Shown piece after piece: positions 1 to 10,767 of a stretch of DNA of 64,000 nt. This DNA comes from an uncultured Alphaproteobacteria bacterium (GTDB taxonomy: Bacteria > Pseudomonadota > Alphaproteobacteria > Rhizobiales > Beijerinckiaceae), in contig CAWBLM010000016.1 of the NCBI GenBank assembly GCA_963789645.1, forward strand, positions 54,216 to 118,215, given 5' to 3'. The first letter of the stretch is position 1; each line of letters starts with the position of its first letter. The notes beneath the pieces are model-generated. The model saw only the letters and a list, made by a program, of their open reading frames with translations. It was not told where the DNA came from and made no database searches. A program made the position numbers and the translations under genes.

Positions 1-496
1 GGATTGTCATGACGGTCCCCGGGCGCGGGCGTCCGTCATAATGGAGATAGGCCGCGGTGAGACCCGCCTGCCAATCGTGAGCGTGAACCACGTCGGGCGA
101 AAATTGCGGCGCGAATCCGAGCGCGAGTTGGGCGCCGGCGCGGCAAAGAGCTGCGAAACGAAAAGGATTATCCGGCCAGTCGCGTCCGTCCGGTCCGGCG
201 TAAGGGCCTCCGGGGCGGTTGAAAAGATGCGGCGCGTCGAGCACGAACATGTCGAGGCCGGCGGCGGTCGCGCGCAAAACCCTGGCTTCGCCGTCGAAAA
301 CCGCCTGCGTCTCGATCGCCGTTTCCGCGCGTTGGATCGCCTTCATCACAGCGGGATAGCCGGGTGCCAGGGTTGTGACGTTGACGCCTTGCGCCGCGAG
401 AGCCACGGGCAACGCGCCAGCCACGTCGGCGAGGCCGCCGGTTTTGACCAGCGGAAAGATCTCGGAGACGACGGCCAGAACCGTGACGTCGCTCAT
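1..496 (-). CDS. glgA: glycogen synthase, N-terminal part (gene continues beyond the left window edge)
   Basis: Minus-strand translation from ATG (complement of 494-496) gives [34 protein letters not shown]..., with the KTGGLADV motif of ADP-glucose glycogen synthases. The start overlaps the glgC stop (ATGA). It is the last gene of a glgP-B-C-A arrangement. Confidence 0.85.
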   Translation of the reverse strand, partial: MSDVTVLAVVSEIFPLVKTGGLADVAGALPVALAAQGVNVTTLAPGYPAVMKAIQRAETAIETQAVFDGEARVLRATAAGLDMFVLDAPHLFNRPGGPYAGPDGRDWPDNPFRFAALCRAGAQLALGFAPQFSPDVVHAHDWQAGLTAAYLHYDGRPRPGTVMTI

Positions 497-1746
497 CCCA
501 ACCCGTCGATCATGGCTTGCGTGATCAGGCAGATGCCTTTGTCGGTGCGGCGAAAGCGCTTCGCGTCGGCGACAGGATCTTCGCCGACGACAAAGTCGGT
601 TGGAACCTTGACGCCGCGGTCGATGACGACATTGCGAAGCCGGGTTGAACGGCCGATCTCGACATAGGGCAGAACAACCGCATTCTCGACCTCACAAAAG
701 GAATTAACGCGCACGCCGGTCGACAGCAGCGAACGTTTGACCCTGGCCCCGGATATGATGCACCCCCCGGACACGACGGATGAAACCGCCATGCCGCGCC
801 GCGCCTCCTCGTCGTGAACGAATTTTGCCGGCGGCGTCACCGTGCTGTCCGTCCAGATCGGCCAATCCTTGTCGAAAAGATCGAGATCGGGAACAATGTC
901 CGTCAGATCGATGTTGGCCTCCCAATAGGCGTCGACCGTGCCGACGTCGCGCCAATAGACGGAGTCGTCATCAGAGGAACGCACGCAGGATTCGGCGAAA
1001 TGGTGCGCGACCGATTTGCCGTTTTTCACCAAGAAGGGGATGATGTCCTTGCCGAAATCGCGGCTAGACCGCAAATCCTTGGCGTCGCGTTCGAGCTGAT
1101 CGAAAAGGAGGCTGGTCTCGAAGACGTAAATGCCCATCGAGGCCAGCGCCTTATCCGGTTTGCCGGGCATCGGCGGCGGGTCGGCGGGCTTCTCGATGAA
1201 ATCGACAATCCTGTCGTCCGCATCGACATGCATGACGCCAAAGCCCGTGGCCTCTTGGCGCGGAACTTCGAGGCAGCCGATCGTGGCGTCAGCGCCTGAA
1301 TCGGCATGCTGTTGCAGCATTACCTCGTAGTCCATCTTGTAAATGTGGTCGCCGGCGAGGATCACCATATATTTCGGCGCGCGGTCGCGGATGATGTCGA
1401 TGTTTTGAAACACGGCGTCCGCGGTGCCGGCGTACCATTGATTCTCGGACACGCGCTGGCTCGCCGGCATGATATCGAAGCTCTCATTGCTGCCGGGCCG
1501 AAAGAAATTCCAGCCGCGCGTTAGATGCCCGATGAGGCTGTGCGCTTTGTATTGCGTCGCGACGCCGATGCGGCGGATGCCGGAATTCAGCGCGTTCGAA
1601 AGCGCAAAGTCGATGATGCGCATTTTGCCGCCGAAATATACCGCAGGCTTGGCGCGTCGGTCCGTCAATTCGACCAAGCGGCTGCCGCGGCCTCCCGCCA
1701 GAACAAAAGCCATGGCTTGGCGCCCCAATGGCGCGCTCACTCTCAT
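493..1746 (-). CDS. glgC: glucose-1-phosphate adenylyltransferase
   Basis: 417-aa ORF with the N-terminal [12 protein letters not shown] nucleotide-binding motif and full-length ADP-glucose pyrophosphorylase-like sequence. It sits between glgB and glgA. Confidence 0.95.
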   Translation of the reverse strand: MRVSAPLGRQAMAFVLAGGRGSRLVELTDRRAKPAVYFGGKMRIIDFALSNALNSGIRRIGVATQYKAHSLIGHLTRGWNFFRPGSNESFDIMPASQRVSENQWYAGTADAVFQNIDIIRDRAPKYMVILAGDHIYKMDYEVMLQQHADSGADATIGCLEVPRQEATGFGVMHVDADDRIVDFIEKPADPPPMPGKPDKALASMGIYVFETSLLFDQLERDAKDLRSSRDFGKDIIPFLVKNGKSVAHHFAESCVRSSDDDSVYWRDVGTVDAYWEANIDLTDIVPDLDLFDKDWPIWTDSTVTPPAKFVHDEEARRGMAVSSVVSGGCIISGARVKRSLLSTGVRVNSFCEVENAVVLPYVEIGRSTRLRNVVIDRGVKVPTDFVVGEDPVADAKRFRRTDKGICLITQAMIDGLG

Positions 1747-1794
1747 GCGGATCGCTCCTCCCTAAAGGTATGTCCGCGGTTATTTCGCTCCGCG

Positions 1795-4014
1795 TCAATG
1801 CTCCGCCGCGAAATAGAGCGTTGCGAGAGGCGGCAGGGTGATTTGCGCTGACGCGGGTTGGCCATGCGAAGGAACGTCGCGCGCTGTCACATAGCCGAAA
1901 TTGCCGACGCCGGAGCCGCCATAGACGCTGGCGTCGGTGTTGAGTGTTTCCCGCCAGACCCCCGCATGCGGCATGCCGATCGTGTAGCCGTGGCGCGGTT
2001 CCGGCGTAAAATTATTGACGACGACGACAGGCGAATCGCCTTCCTCGCCGTAGCGGGCGAAGGCGAACACGGACTGATCGCGATCATTGCCGACGATCCA
2101 CGCGAAACATCCGCTCTCGCTATCGCGCGCGTGCAGCGCCCGCCATTCCCTGTGCAGCCGGTTCAAATCGCGGATCAGCGTGTGGACGCCTCTGTGCGCC
2201 GGCGCGTCGAGAAGCCCCCAGTCGAGTTCACGCGTCTCGCTCCACTCGCGCCGCTGCGCGAACTCCTGGCCCATGAACAGGAGCTTCTTGCCGGGGTGGC
2301 CCCACATGAAGCCGTAATAGGCGCGAAGATTGGCGAACATTTGCCAGTCGTCGCCCGACATCTTGCTGAGGAGCGATCCCTTGCCATGGGTGACTTCGTC
2401 ATGGCTGAGCGGCAGCACGAAATTTTCCGAGAAGGCATAGACGAGCCCGAAGGTCATTTTGTCATGATGCCAACGGCGATGGATGGGATCGAGCTCCATA
2501 TATTCAAGCGTGTCATGCATGAAGCCCATGTTCCACTTGAAGCCGAAGCCGAGGCCGCCGGAACGGGTCGGCGCCGAAACGCCGGTCCACGCCGTCGACT
2601 CCTCGGCGAGGGTCACGGCTCCTGATCGCGCTCCGTAGACGAGCTCATTGAAGCTCTTGAGAAAGGCCGCCGCGTCGCGGTTGTCGTTGGTTCCGTCGGG
2701 ATTTGGGAGCCATTGCCCGGGCTCGCGCGAATAATCGAGGTAGAGCATCGAGGCGACGGCGTCGACGCGCAATCCATCGATGTGATAGCGATCGAGCCAG
2801 AAGAGGGCGTTGGCGACCAGGAAAGCCGACACTTCGCGCCGGCCGAAATCATAGATCGCCGTGTTCCAATCCGGATGAAATCCGCGGCGCGGGTCGGCGT
2901 GCTCGTACAAGGGCTGGCCGTCGAACAGCGCAAGGCCATGCACGTCGGTTGGAAAGTGCGCTGGAACCCAGTCGAGAATGACCGAGAGCCCGGCGGCGTG
3001 GGCTTTGTCGACGAAGCGCGCAAATCCGGCTGGATCGCCGAATCGCCGGGTCGGCGCAAACAGCCCGATCGGCTGATAGCCCCAGGATTCGTCGAGCGGA
3101 TGTTCCGAGACGGGCATCAGCTCGACATGCGTGAAGCCGAGATCTGTGGCGTAAGGGATCAACTGTTCGGCGAGTTCGTCATAGGTCAGGAAGCGCCCGC
3201 CTTCGCCGCGCCGCCAAGAGCCAAGATGGACCTCAAGGATCGTCATCGGCTGGCGCCACGCCTCGGCTTTCGTGCGGCGAGCGAGGAACTCTTCGTCCGA
3301 CCAGACGAAATGATCGGTGCGGGCGACGAGCGAGGCGGTTGACGGGCGCAGCTCTCCCGCGAATCCGACGGGATCGGCCTTGAGCGGCAAAAGCCGGCCG
3401 TCGCGCGAAATGATCTCATATTTGTAAGCGGCGCCCTCGGCGACGCCGGGCGCGAAGATTTCCCATAATCCCGAATCGATGCGCTTTCGCATCTGATGCA
3501 GCCGTCCGTCCCAACCGTTGAAATCGCCGACGACGGAAACGCGCGCCGCATGCGGCGCCCAGACCGCGAAATGAACGCCTTCAAATCCTTCGAACCGCAT
3601 GAGTTGCGCGCCGAGACGCTCATAAAGTTCGCGATGCGTGCCCTCGACGAGGAGATAGTCGTCGATGGCGCCGAGGACGGGCGGCAGCGCGTAAGGGTCG
3701 GCATAGTCCCATGAGCCGCCCGCGTTCGCGGCTTCGAGACGGTAGCGGAAGGGCATTTTTCGACCCTGCGCCAAGCCTTCGAAGAAACCGCCGCCGCGCG
3801 CTTCGAGCGCGATTGGCTCACAGCCTTCGGCCAAGACGGCCAGCTTTTCGGCATGCGGTGCGAAGGCCCGAATGACGAGGCCGTCCTCGGTCTCATGCGG
3901 CCCGAGGATGGCGAAAGGATCGCCATGGCGGGCGGCGCGGATCGCTTCGACGTCGTCTTCGCCGAGCCGCCAAGCCGGCCGCGAAGGCGTTTCTGCTTGC
4001 ATATCTTGCGTCAT
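1795..4014 (-). CDS. glgB: 1,4-alpha-glucan branching enzyme
   Basis: ORF 1795..4053 with GH13 branching-enzyme signatures (HFAVWAPHA, DWVPAHFP, GLRVDAVASMLY, HDEVTHGKGSL). I placed the start at MTQDM (4014), 2 nt after the glgP stop; 4053 is the longest-ORF alternative. Confidence 0.92.
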   Translation of the reverse strand: MTQDMQAETPSRPAWRLGEDDVEAIRAARHGDPFAILGPHETEDGLVIRAFAPHAEKLAVLAEGCEPIALEARGGGFFEGLAQGRKMPFRYRLEAANAGGSWDYADPYALPPVLGAIDDYLLVEGTHRELYERLGAQLMRFEGFEGVHFAVWAPHAARVSVVGDFNGWDGRLHQMRKRIDSGLWEIFAPGVAEGAAYKYEIISRDGRLLPLKADPVGFAGELRPSTASLVARTDHFVWSDEEFLARRTKAEAWRQPMTILEVHLGSWRRGEGGRFLTYDELAEQLIPYATDLGFTHVELMPVSEHPLDESWGYQPIGLFAPTRRFGDPAGFARFVDKAHAAGLSVILDWVPAHFPTDVHGLALFDGQPLYEHADPRRGFHPDWNTAIYDFGRREVSAFLVANALFWLDRYHIDGLRVDAVASMLYLDYSREPGQWLPNPDGTNDNRDAAAFLKSFNELVYGARSGAVTLAEESTAWTGVSAPTRSGGLGFGFKWNMGFMHDTLEYMELDPIHRRWHHDKMTFGLVYAFSENFVLPLSHDEVTHGKGSLLSKMSGDDWQMFANLRAYYGFMWGHPGKKLLFMGQEFAQRREWSETRELDWGLLDAPAHRGVHTLIRDLNRLHREWRALHARDSESGCFAWIVGNDRDQSVFAFARYGEEGDSPVVVVNNFTPEPRHGYTIGMPHAGVWRETLNTDASVYGGSGVGNFGYVTARDVPSHGQPASAQITLPPLATLYFAAEH

Positions 4015-4016
4015 GC

Positions 4017-6521
4017 TCAATGGGGTGCAGGCGGCGTCACCGGCACGTTCCATATTTCCTGCGCATACTCGGCAATTGTTCGGTCGGAAGAGAACCAGCC
4101 CATATGCGCGGTGTTAAGGATCGCGGATCGCCACCAGGAGGATTTGTCGCGCCAGCGTTTGAAGACGCTGCGCTGCGCCTTGTAGTAGCTGTCGAAATCG
4201 GCAGTCACCAGGAAGAAGTCATGATGGGTCAGGGCGTCGACGAGATGGCGGTAGCGGTGCGGCTGCTCCGGCGAAAATACGCCGGACGCGATGGATTCCA
4301 GCGCCTCCGAGAGTTTTTGCGAGCGTGCGATGGCATCCTCTCCGCTAATGCCCTGGCGCCTCTTGGCTTCGACTTCCTCCGCCGTCAGCCCGAAAATAAA
4401 AATATTGGACGCGCCGACATGTTCCATAATTTCCACATTGGCGCCGTCGAGCGTTCCGATGGTCAAGGCGCCGTTCAACGCGAATTTCATGTTTCCGGTG
4501 CCGGACGCCTCCATCCCCGCCGTCGAGATTTGTTCTGAGAGGTCGGCCGCGGGAATGATTTTTTCCGCGAGGCTGACGTTGTAGTTGGGCAGGAACACGA
4601 CTTTCAAAAGCCCGCGCAAGGTAGGATCCGAATTGACCACCTTGCCGACGTCGTTGGCGAGCTGGATGATCAATTTCGCTGTTGTGTAGCTCGCCGCCGC
4701 CTTGCCGGCGAAAATTTTGACGCGCGGGATCCAGTCTCTGAAGGGCTGGGCGCGGATTTCCTCATAGATCGCGACGGCCTCCAGAATGTTGAGGATCTGA
4801 CGCTTGTACTCGTGGATGCGCTTGATGTGGACGTCGAACAGGGCGTCTGGATTGAGCTTGACGCCGAGCCGCTCCTGCACCAGCCGCGCCAGCGCCGTCT
4901 TGTTGGCGCGGCGGATCGCGGCGTAGCGCGCCTGGAACGCGGAATCGCCAGCGACGTCAGCGACTTTTTCCAAAACCGTCGCATCGTCGAGAAGTCTGTC
5001 GCCGACAACTTCGGTCAACAGGGCGGTGAGGCCGGGATTGGCTTCCTTCAGCCAGCGGCGGAACGTGATGCCATTGGTCTTGTTGGTGATCTTGCCCGGC
5101 GCGATAGATTCGAGATCGCGGAACACAGTCGTCTTCATGAGTTCGGAGTGCAAGGCCGAAACGCCGTTGACCTTGTGAGACCCGAGAAAGGCGAGATGCC
5201 CCATGCGGACGCGCCGGCCATGCAATTCGTCGATGAGGGAGAGCGCCTCCAACCGTTCGCCGTTTGAATCGGGGCTGGAGCTCACCCTTTCGAGGTGCAG
5301 CGCGTTGATGAGGTAGATGATCTGCATGTGGCGCGGCAGCAGCCGCTCCATCAGCGGGACCGGCCATGTCTCGAGCGCCTCGGGAAGCAGCGTGTGGTTG
5401 GTGTAGCTGAATGTTCCTTGCGTGATCGCCCAAGCCTCATCCCAAGGGATGTTGTGGCGATCGACGAGAATATGCATCATTTCGGCGACGGCGATCGCCG
5501 GATGGGTGTCGTTGAGTTGAATGGCGGCCTTGTCCGCGAGCGTCCTGATATCTCCATGCAGGCTCAAATGGCGGCGGACGAGATCCTGCAACGAAGCGGA
5601 GGCGAAGAAAAACTCCTGGCGAAGCCTCAGTTCTTGGCCCGCGGGAGTCGCGTCGCTCGGGTAGAGAACCTTCGAGATGGATTCGGCGCGCACCTGACCC
5701 ATCAGCGCGCCGATATGGTCGCCGCTATTGAACTGGCCGAGATGCAGTGGATCCAGCGCGCGCGCCGACCACAGGCGCAAAGTGTTGACGTGGGCGCCGC
5801 GCCAGCCCGGGATCGGCGTGTCGTAAGCCAGCGCCTCAACCGTCTCGGTCGGATGCCAGACCTGTTTCAGTTCGCCGTCGGCCCGCGTCTCCTCTTCGAT
5901 GTGGCCGCCAAAGCCGATGGGGTAGACGAGCTCCGGACGTTGGAACTCCCACGGATTGCCGAAAGACAGCCAGTCCTCCGGATATTCGAGCTGGCGCCCG
6001 TCTTTAATGCGCTGGCGGAACAAGCCATGATCATAGCGGATGCCGTAGCCATAGGCGGCGATTGAAAGCGTGGCCATGCTTTCCATGAAGCAGGCGGCGA
6101 GCCGGCCAAGGCCGCCATTGCCGAGCGCCGCGTCAGGCTCGACCTCGCGCAACGTCTCGAGATCGACGCCCAGTTCGGCGAGCGCGGCGCGGGTCTGATC
6201 GATCATTTCCATATTGGTCAGCGCGTCGATCAGGAGCCGGCCGATCAGAAATTCGAGGCTGAGGTAATAGACCCGCTTGCGGCCGGCTTTTTTGGCGTCG
6301 CCGATCGAGCCCAGCCATTTTTCGACGACCCGGTCGCGCACGCTCAACGCCGTGGCGATGAACCAGTCGTGCGCGCTGGCCGAAGCGACGCTCTTGCTGA
6401 CCGAATATTTGAGCTTGTCGAGAATGAGCTCGCGAATCGCCGCGACCTCCGCGCTCCGCGGCACGGCGCCGTTCGGCTGGCTGGCTTCCGCCACCGGCGT
6501 GGCGTCTGTTTCCCGATCCAT
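4017..6521 (-). CDS. glgP: glycogen/maltodextrin phosphorylase
   Basis: ORF 4017..6635. Alpha-glucan phosphorylase family with the PLP-site region EASGTGNMKFALNGALTIGTLDGANVEI. The start at MDRETD (6521) is my choice; an in-frame upstream start at 6635 is possible. Confidence 0.92.
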   Translation of the reverse strand: MDRETDATPVAEASQPNGAVPRSAEVAAIRELILDKLKYSVSKSVASASAHDWFIATALSVRDRVVEKWLGSIGDAKKAGRKRVYYLSLEFLIGRLLIDALTNMEMIDQTRAALAELGVDLETLREVEPDAALGNGGLGRLAACFMESMATLSIAAYGYGIRYDHGLFRQRIKDGRQLEYPEDWLSFGNPWEFQRPELVYPIGFGGHIEEETRADGELKQVWHPTETVEALAYDTPIPGWRGAHVNTLRLWSARALDPLHLGQFNSGDHIGALMGQVRAESISKVLYPSDATPAGQELRLRQEFFFASASLQDLVRRHLSLHGDIRTLADKAAIQLNDTHPAIAVAEMMHILVDRHNIPWDEAWAITQGTFSYTNHTLLPEALETWPVPLMERLLPRHMQIIYLINALHLERVSSSPDSNGERLEALSLIDELHGRRVRMGHLAFLGSHKVNGVSALHSELMKTTVFRDLESIAPGKITNKTNGITFRRWLKEANPGLTALLTEVVGDRLLDDATVLEKVADVAGDSAFQARYAAIRRANKTALARLVQERLGVKLNPDALFDVHIKRIHEYKRQILNILEAVAIYEEIRAQPFRDWIPRVKIFAGKAAASYTTAKLIIQLANDVGKVVNSDPTLRGLLKVVFLPNYNVSLAEKIIPAADLSEQISTAGMEASGTGNMKFALNGALTIGTLDGANVEIMEHVGASNIFIFGLTAEEVEAKRRQGISGEDAIARSQKLSEALESIASGVFSPEQPHRYRHLVDALTHHDFFLVTADFDSYYKAQRSVFKRWRDKSSWWRSAILNTAHMGWFSSDRTIAEYAQEIWNVPVTPPAPH

Positions 6522-6871
6522 CACGGCGGCGCTCCCACTTTGCGCAGATCTCAGCTGCTTGTGACGCTTCGGAGCAAAGCGCGGGCCAAGGAAGGGAACG
6601 CCGACGCTTCGACCTGCGATCCAATGTCGAACCAAGGTTTGCCCATCCTAGCGTATGGGCGAAGGCCAATAAAGCGAGGTCGAAGGACAATGCGGCGCTG
6701 CCGAAGCATCCAAAGCACGCGCCGGCCATCGGCGCCACTTTCCTCACAATCAAAGGAGAACAGGGCCGCTGCGCCCTCAAGCATGTTGCCTATCCTTTAG
6801 GACGAACGCATGATCCGGGCCGCGAAGACGAAGTTCCGCCCGCCGAGTCCATCTTAAGGAAGAAACGCTTC

Positions 6872-7355
6872 ATGCCGGCGCCGTCCAAACGATCCCGACT
6901 GCTTTTTGTTTCAATCGTCCTGGCTTTTTGCGGCGAATCGGCCGAGGCCAGACCTTCGCCAGGGCAGGGTTTCTGTCCTGTGACGTCTCCGCCGGACTAG
7001 GCCTGATTCTCGTGCAAAAGAAGCAGCTGAAATGCGTCTTCACCAATCAGGCGGGCGGCCCGCCTGAAGACTACGTGGGCACGATCACTGACTATGGCGT
7101 CGCCCTTGGCGCGGTGGAGAAGGGCCATCTCATTTGGGGCGTGTTGAGTTCGATCGATGGCGTGCCGCATGGCGCGCTGGCCGGAACCTGTGCCGGGATC
7201 GGAGCGGAAGCGACCGCAGCGGCGGTCTCGGCGCCAACGCCCTCATTGGCGGATCGCAGCGCGTTTTCTCATTGCAGCCTGTCTCGGTCGAAGGCCAGGT
7301 CGGCGTTGATGTGGCGGCTGGAATCTCAGCGATCACACTCGAATCCGCGCCTTGA
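6872..7355 (+). pseudogene. DUF992-like periplasmic protein, frame broken twice as assembled
   Basis: The signal peptide MPAPSKRSRLLFVSIVLAFCGESAEA starts at ATG 6872 (AGGAAG upstream). The core GFLSCDVSAGLGLILVQKKQLKCVFT...GALAGTCAGIGAEAT lies in the frame of ORF 6928..7443. The C-terminus GLGANALIGGSQRVFSLQPVSVEGQVGVDVAAGISAITLE lies in the frame of ORF 7134..7355. Breaks are near 6940 and 7225. The family assignment is from memory of DUF992 sequences. Confidence 0.6.
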
Positions 7356-7379
7356 AGCCGCCTTTCGCCGCTCACCCAG

Positions 7380-7658
7380 TCACCGCGCGCGGCCTTGGGT
7401 GGAGCTCGAGCGGCCTTGCTCCATTTGCTGGCGATCATATTGATGTCGCTCATGCATGCCATAGGCGCATCCCGCCGCGGCGCCGATGCCGCCGTGGCCG
7501 ACAAGGTGACCTGCGACAGCGCCGACGATCGCGCCCTTGACGCAGCCGCCCGGACGCGCCTCGGCCTCGCCAGCGAGGCCCGCGAGGCCGATCAGGAGCG
7601 ATGCGGCGAGCGCGAATTTCACGAGCGCAATGGACATTCGAAACTGAGCGGGTTTCAT
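7380..7658 (-). CDS. small secreted glycine-zipper-like protein
   Basis: ATG at 7658 is preceded by AGGAG 8 nt upstream. MKPAQFRMSIALVKFALAASLLIGLAGLAGEAEA is signal-like, followed by the Gly-rich GAIVGAVAGHLVGHGGIGAAAG. The longest ORF extends to 7700. Confidence 0.5.
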   Translation of the reverse strand: MKPAQFRMSIALVKFALAASLLIGLAGLAGEAEARPGGCVKGAIVGAVAGHLVGHGGIGAAAGCAYGMHERHQYDRQQMEQGRSSSTQGRAR

Positions 7659-7767
7659 CCAAAATCTCCTATTTCCGGCGCGATAACGGTTCGGATGCAA
7701 CTTGGTTTCGCGGACCAGCCCGGAAATTTGGACGGTGGTTTAGAAAGATCGAGACTGGCGGCTTCGC

Positions 7768-10767
7768 TCAGTTGCGCGACGGACCGGAAAGGCCATCTTC
7801 GAAGCTCGCCATGCCGATGATATGGGAAATCGTCTCGCCGTCATCGGAGAGCGGCAGCAGCAGCCTTTCAAAAAAGAACGATCGCCCTTCGCGCAAATTG
7901 AAATAGGCGTATTCATAGGCGGGCTTGGCCGAGCGGATGCAGCGGCGATATGCGCCTTCTTCAGCTCCGAGAATTTCGGCTTCGGTGAATTCGATTTCTC
8001 GCCCCTCGCCGCGCAACGCCAGGCGTTCGGTCAGCGCTTTTCCGATCGATACGAAACGCAGCCCAGGCGGCGTCGTCTCGTGGTCGACGCTGGCGATGAT
8101 GAGATTGTCTTGCCGCCCGATTTCGCCGAGGGCCATGTCGGCGAGACGGGGAGGGCGGCCATCGCGGTGGAGGCCTGCCCAGACGCGTTGCAACGTCTCC
8201 AGCTCGGGGGACCGCATTCGCTCCCCGCGCGAGGCTTCCTGATGCGCCGAATCGACGATGGACGAGCGCGGAGCGCGAAGCACCCAGACGATTCCCTCGG
8301 GAAAATAATCAAGGCTCGCGGATCCTTTCAAGGATTGGCCGGTGACGCGTTGAATGACGGTCGAGCCGAAGCCCTGGCGTTCCGGAACCCTGACGGGAGG
8401 ACCGCCGCGCTCGGCCCACTTCAACTGGAACATCGGTTCGCCGGCGCCCTCGAAATCGACCGTCCAGCTGATCGACACGCTTCCGGTCTGATTGGACAGG
8501 GCGCCATATTTTGCGGCGTTGGTCGATAATTCGTGCAGCGCCATGCCAATCATCTGCGCGGCGTCGGGCTTCAGTCTAAGGCCGAGGCCGCTGATCGAAA
8601 TGCGCCTTTGGCCGGGCTCCCAATGGTGGCCGACCTGCGAAAAAATCAGATCGGTCATAGAGACGCACAAGGAATTATGCTTGGCCAGCAAATCATGCGA
8701 ATTGGCGAGCGCGCGCAGCCGCTCGCTAAACCTTCTGACGAACTCTTCTTTCGACCCCACGCCCTTGGCGGACTGACGCAGGATCAACTCGATGACAGAG
8801 AGGAGATTCTTCGAGCGATGCGACAATTCGCGAAGGAGGATCGCGGCCTGCTCGTCCTTTCGCTTGTGCTCGGTGACGTCGTGCCAGACAGAGACGGCGC
8901 CATTGATTTCGCCGCCGACGACGAGAGGCAGTTCGGAGGCTTCGAAATCATGCCGCAGGCCGCTTGGCGTAATGATCTGATATTCCTCGCCGGTGACGGC
9001 TTCGCCGCTTCGGGCGCGCCGCGCCGAGAGCGCGGCGGGATCGACCTCTTCGCCGGAGCGGCTGCGAACGCTGAGCAGCGCGGCGACGTGCTGGAAATTG
9101 ATTGGCTGCGGCGCATCCTCCGCAACGCCCCACACTGCCCGGGCCGCCGCGTTGGTTCGCACAATCTCGCCGTGACGGTTGTACACCGTGATCGGCACGT
9201 TCAGCACCTCGAAGATCGCGTCGAGCTCCGCGGTCTGCTGCGCCATCTTCGCATGCGCCCGCTCCAACTCGGCGAGGACGCGGTTGTCGGCCGTAATGTC
9301 GCGCGCGAGGACGGAAATGGCGGTTATTTCGCCTGACGAGGCGCGCATCGGCGCGATGCTCAGCAAGACGTCGATCGTCGCGCCGTCCCGGCGTAGACGC
9401 CTCGTCTCGCGCCGGATCACCGCGCCCGTTTTCGCGGCTGCGAACAAGGCGTCCCGCTCGGCGCGCAGCTCATTCGGGACAAGGAGCAGATCGCTGCATC
9501 CGATCATGGCGTCAGCTTTCGCGCCGAAGACCCGCTCCGCGGCCGCATTCCAGCTCAGCACGATCCCCTCGTCGAGGGTCAAGCTGTAGATAGCGTCGTC
9601 GCTGGCGCCGATGATCGCCGCAAGGTGCGCGTTCGCCTCCTCGGCGCGCTTGCGCTCCGTCACGTCGAGCGCCGCGGAAACGATGATTTCGACGCCTTCG
9701 GGGGAGACGAAGGGTGCGCTTCGAGAGACGAGCCAAAGCCGTTCTTCGCCGCTCTTGATCCAAACCGACATCTCTTCGGGCGGACATTTTTCGCGCGCGC
9801 CGGCTCTTTTGCGCAGGATCTCCAACTGTTCGTCGGCGGCCTGCGGAGGCAGGCGCCGCACGCGGGTAAACCAGTCGCGTTCGCATTGGAAATCCTGCAG
9901 CGCATAGCCGCTTTCGTCAGTGAAGCGGCGGTTGACGTTGATGAGGCGGCCGCCCACCGTATGGAGCATGATCGGGATCGGCGCATCCTGGACGATCCAG
10001 CGCATAAATTGCTCGCGCCGCCGCAAATCCTCCTGCGCATTCTTCTTGTCGGTTATGTCCAGCATGACGCCGACGCGGCCGACCGCCCGCCCGCTTTCGA
10101 AGAAGGTGCGCCCTTGCAGCGCGACCCAGCGCACCGCGCCGTCATTCGGGCGGCGAATGCGAAATTCGAGGGCGTAGCCGCCATCTCCTCGCGGATCGGC
10201 GGCGGCGACGAGCGCCGCTTCGGCCGATGGCCGGTCCTCGTCCAGCGCTTGAGCCGCCAGGAACTCATAACGCACCGTTTCAGTCGGATCGCGGCCCCAG
10301 ATCGCAGCGGCGCGCAGATCGAGGCTATAGCACTGCGTCAGCAGATCGATCTCATAGGTTCCGATCTCGGCCGCGCTGAGGGCGAGGCGCAGCCGCTCTG
10401 CATTTTGCTGCCTGACGCGGCGCGCGCGGCGCGATTCCGTCAGATCGCGGATGATCGCCGCAGCGGGGTCTTGGCGATTGGCGCGCGCGTTGGCGTCGAT
10501 CTCGATTTCGACGAGCGTTCCATCTTTGCGGCGCAGCAAAGTCTCGAATATGACAGCGTTGCCTTCGCGCAGCGAGGCGATCGCCTTCTGGCCCTCCAGC
10601 GGAACAGGATCGGCGATGATCGCATCAATTCCGCAGCCGATGATCTCTTCGGTCGCATAGCCCGTAAAGGATTCCGCGGTTGGACCCCAGCTCAAGATCT
10701 CACCTTTCGCGGAAAGATCGACGATGAGGTCGCTGAAGAATTGAGGGGTTGGCTTTGCTGCGACCAA
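7768..10767 (-). CDS. multi-PAS sensor histidine kinase (HWE/HisKA_2 type) with a C-terminal PAS_5-like extension
   Basis: 999-aa ORF with several PAS-like repeats, a phosphoacceptor region LLRELSHRSKNLLSVI, and ATPase motifs HELSTNAAKYGA and GFGSTVIQ. The last ~149 aa (from MRSPELETLQRVW) resemble stand-alone PAS_5/DUF1457 proteins. No response regulator is adjacent. Confidence 0.85.
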   Translation of the reverse strand: MVAAKPTPQFFSDLIVDLSAKGEILSWGPTAESFTGYATEEIIGCGIDAIIADPVPLEGQKAIASLREGNAVIFETLLRRKDGTLVEIEIDANARANRQDPAAAIIRDLTESRRARRVRQQNAERLRLALSAAEIGTYEIDLLTQCYSLDLRAAAIWGRDPTETVRYEFLAAQALDEDRPSAEAALVAAADPRGDGGYALEFRIRRPNDGAVRWVALQGRTFFESGRAVGRVGVMLDITDKKNAQEDLRRREQFMRWIVQDAPIPIMLHTVGGRLINVNRRFTDESGYALQDFQCERDWFTRVRRLPPQAADEQLEILRKRAGAREKCPPEEMSVWIKSGEERLWLVSRSAPFVSPEGVEIIVSAALDVTERKRAEEANAHLAAIIGASDDAIYSLTLDEGIVLSWNAAAERVFGAKADAMIGCSDLLLVPNELRAERDALFAAAKTGAVIRRETRRLRRDGATIDVLLSIAPMRASSGEITAISVLARDITADNRVLAELERAHAKMAQQTAELDAIFEVLNVPITVYNRHGEIVRTNAAARAVWGVAEDAPQPINFQHVAALLSVRSRSGEEVDPAALSARRARSGEAVTGEEYQIITPSGLRHDFEASELPLVVGGEINGAVSVWHDVTEHKRKDEQAAILLRELSHRSKNLLSVIELILRQSAKGVGSKEEFVRRFSERLRALANSHDLLAKHNSLCVSMTDLIFSQVGHHWEPGQRRISISGLGLRLKPDAAQMIGMALHELSTNAAKYGALSNQTGSVSISWTVDFEGAGEPMFQLKWAERGGPPVRVPERQGFGSTVIQRVTGQSLKGSASLDYFPEGIVWVLRAPRSSIVDSAHQEASRGERMRSPELETLQRVWAGLHRDGRPPRLADMALGEIGRQDNLIIASVDHETTPPGLRFVSIGKALTERLALRGEGREIEFTEAEILGAEEGAYRRCIRSAKPAYEYAYFNLREGRSFFFERLLLPLSDDGETISHIIGMASFEDGLSGPSRN

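Noticed and set aside
41-667. 208-aa plus-strand ORF at the left edge
   Set aside because: It is antisense to clearly recognisable glgA and glgC coding sequence. This is a typical high-GC shadow ORF with Arg/Gly/Ala-rich, family-less translation.
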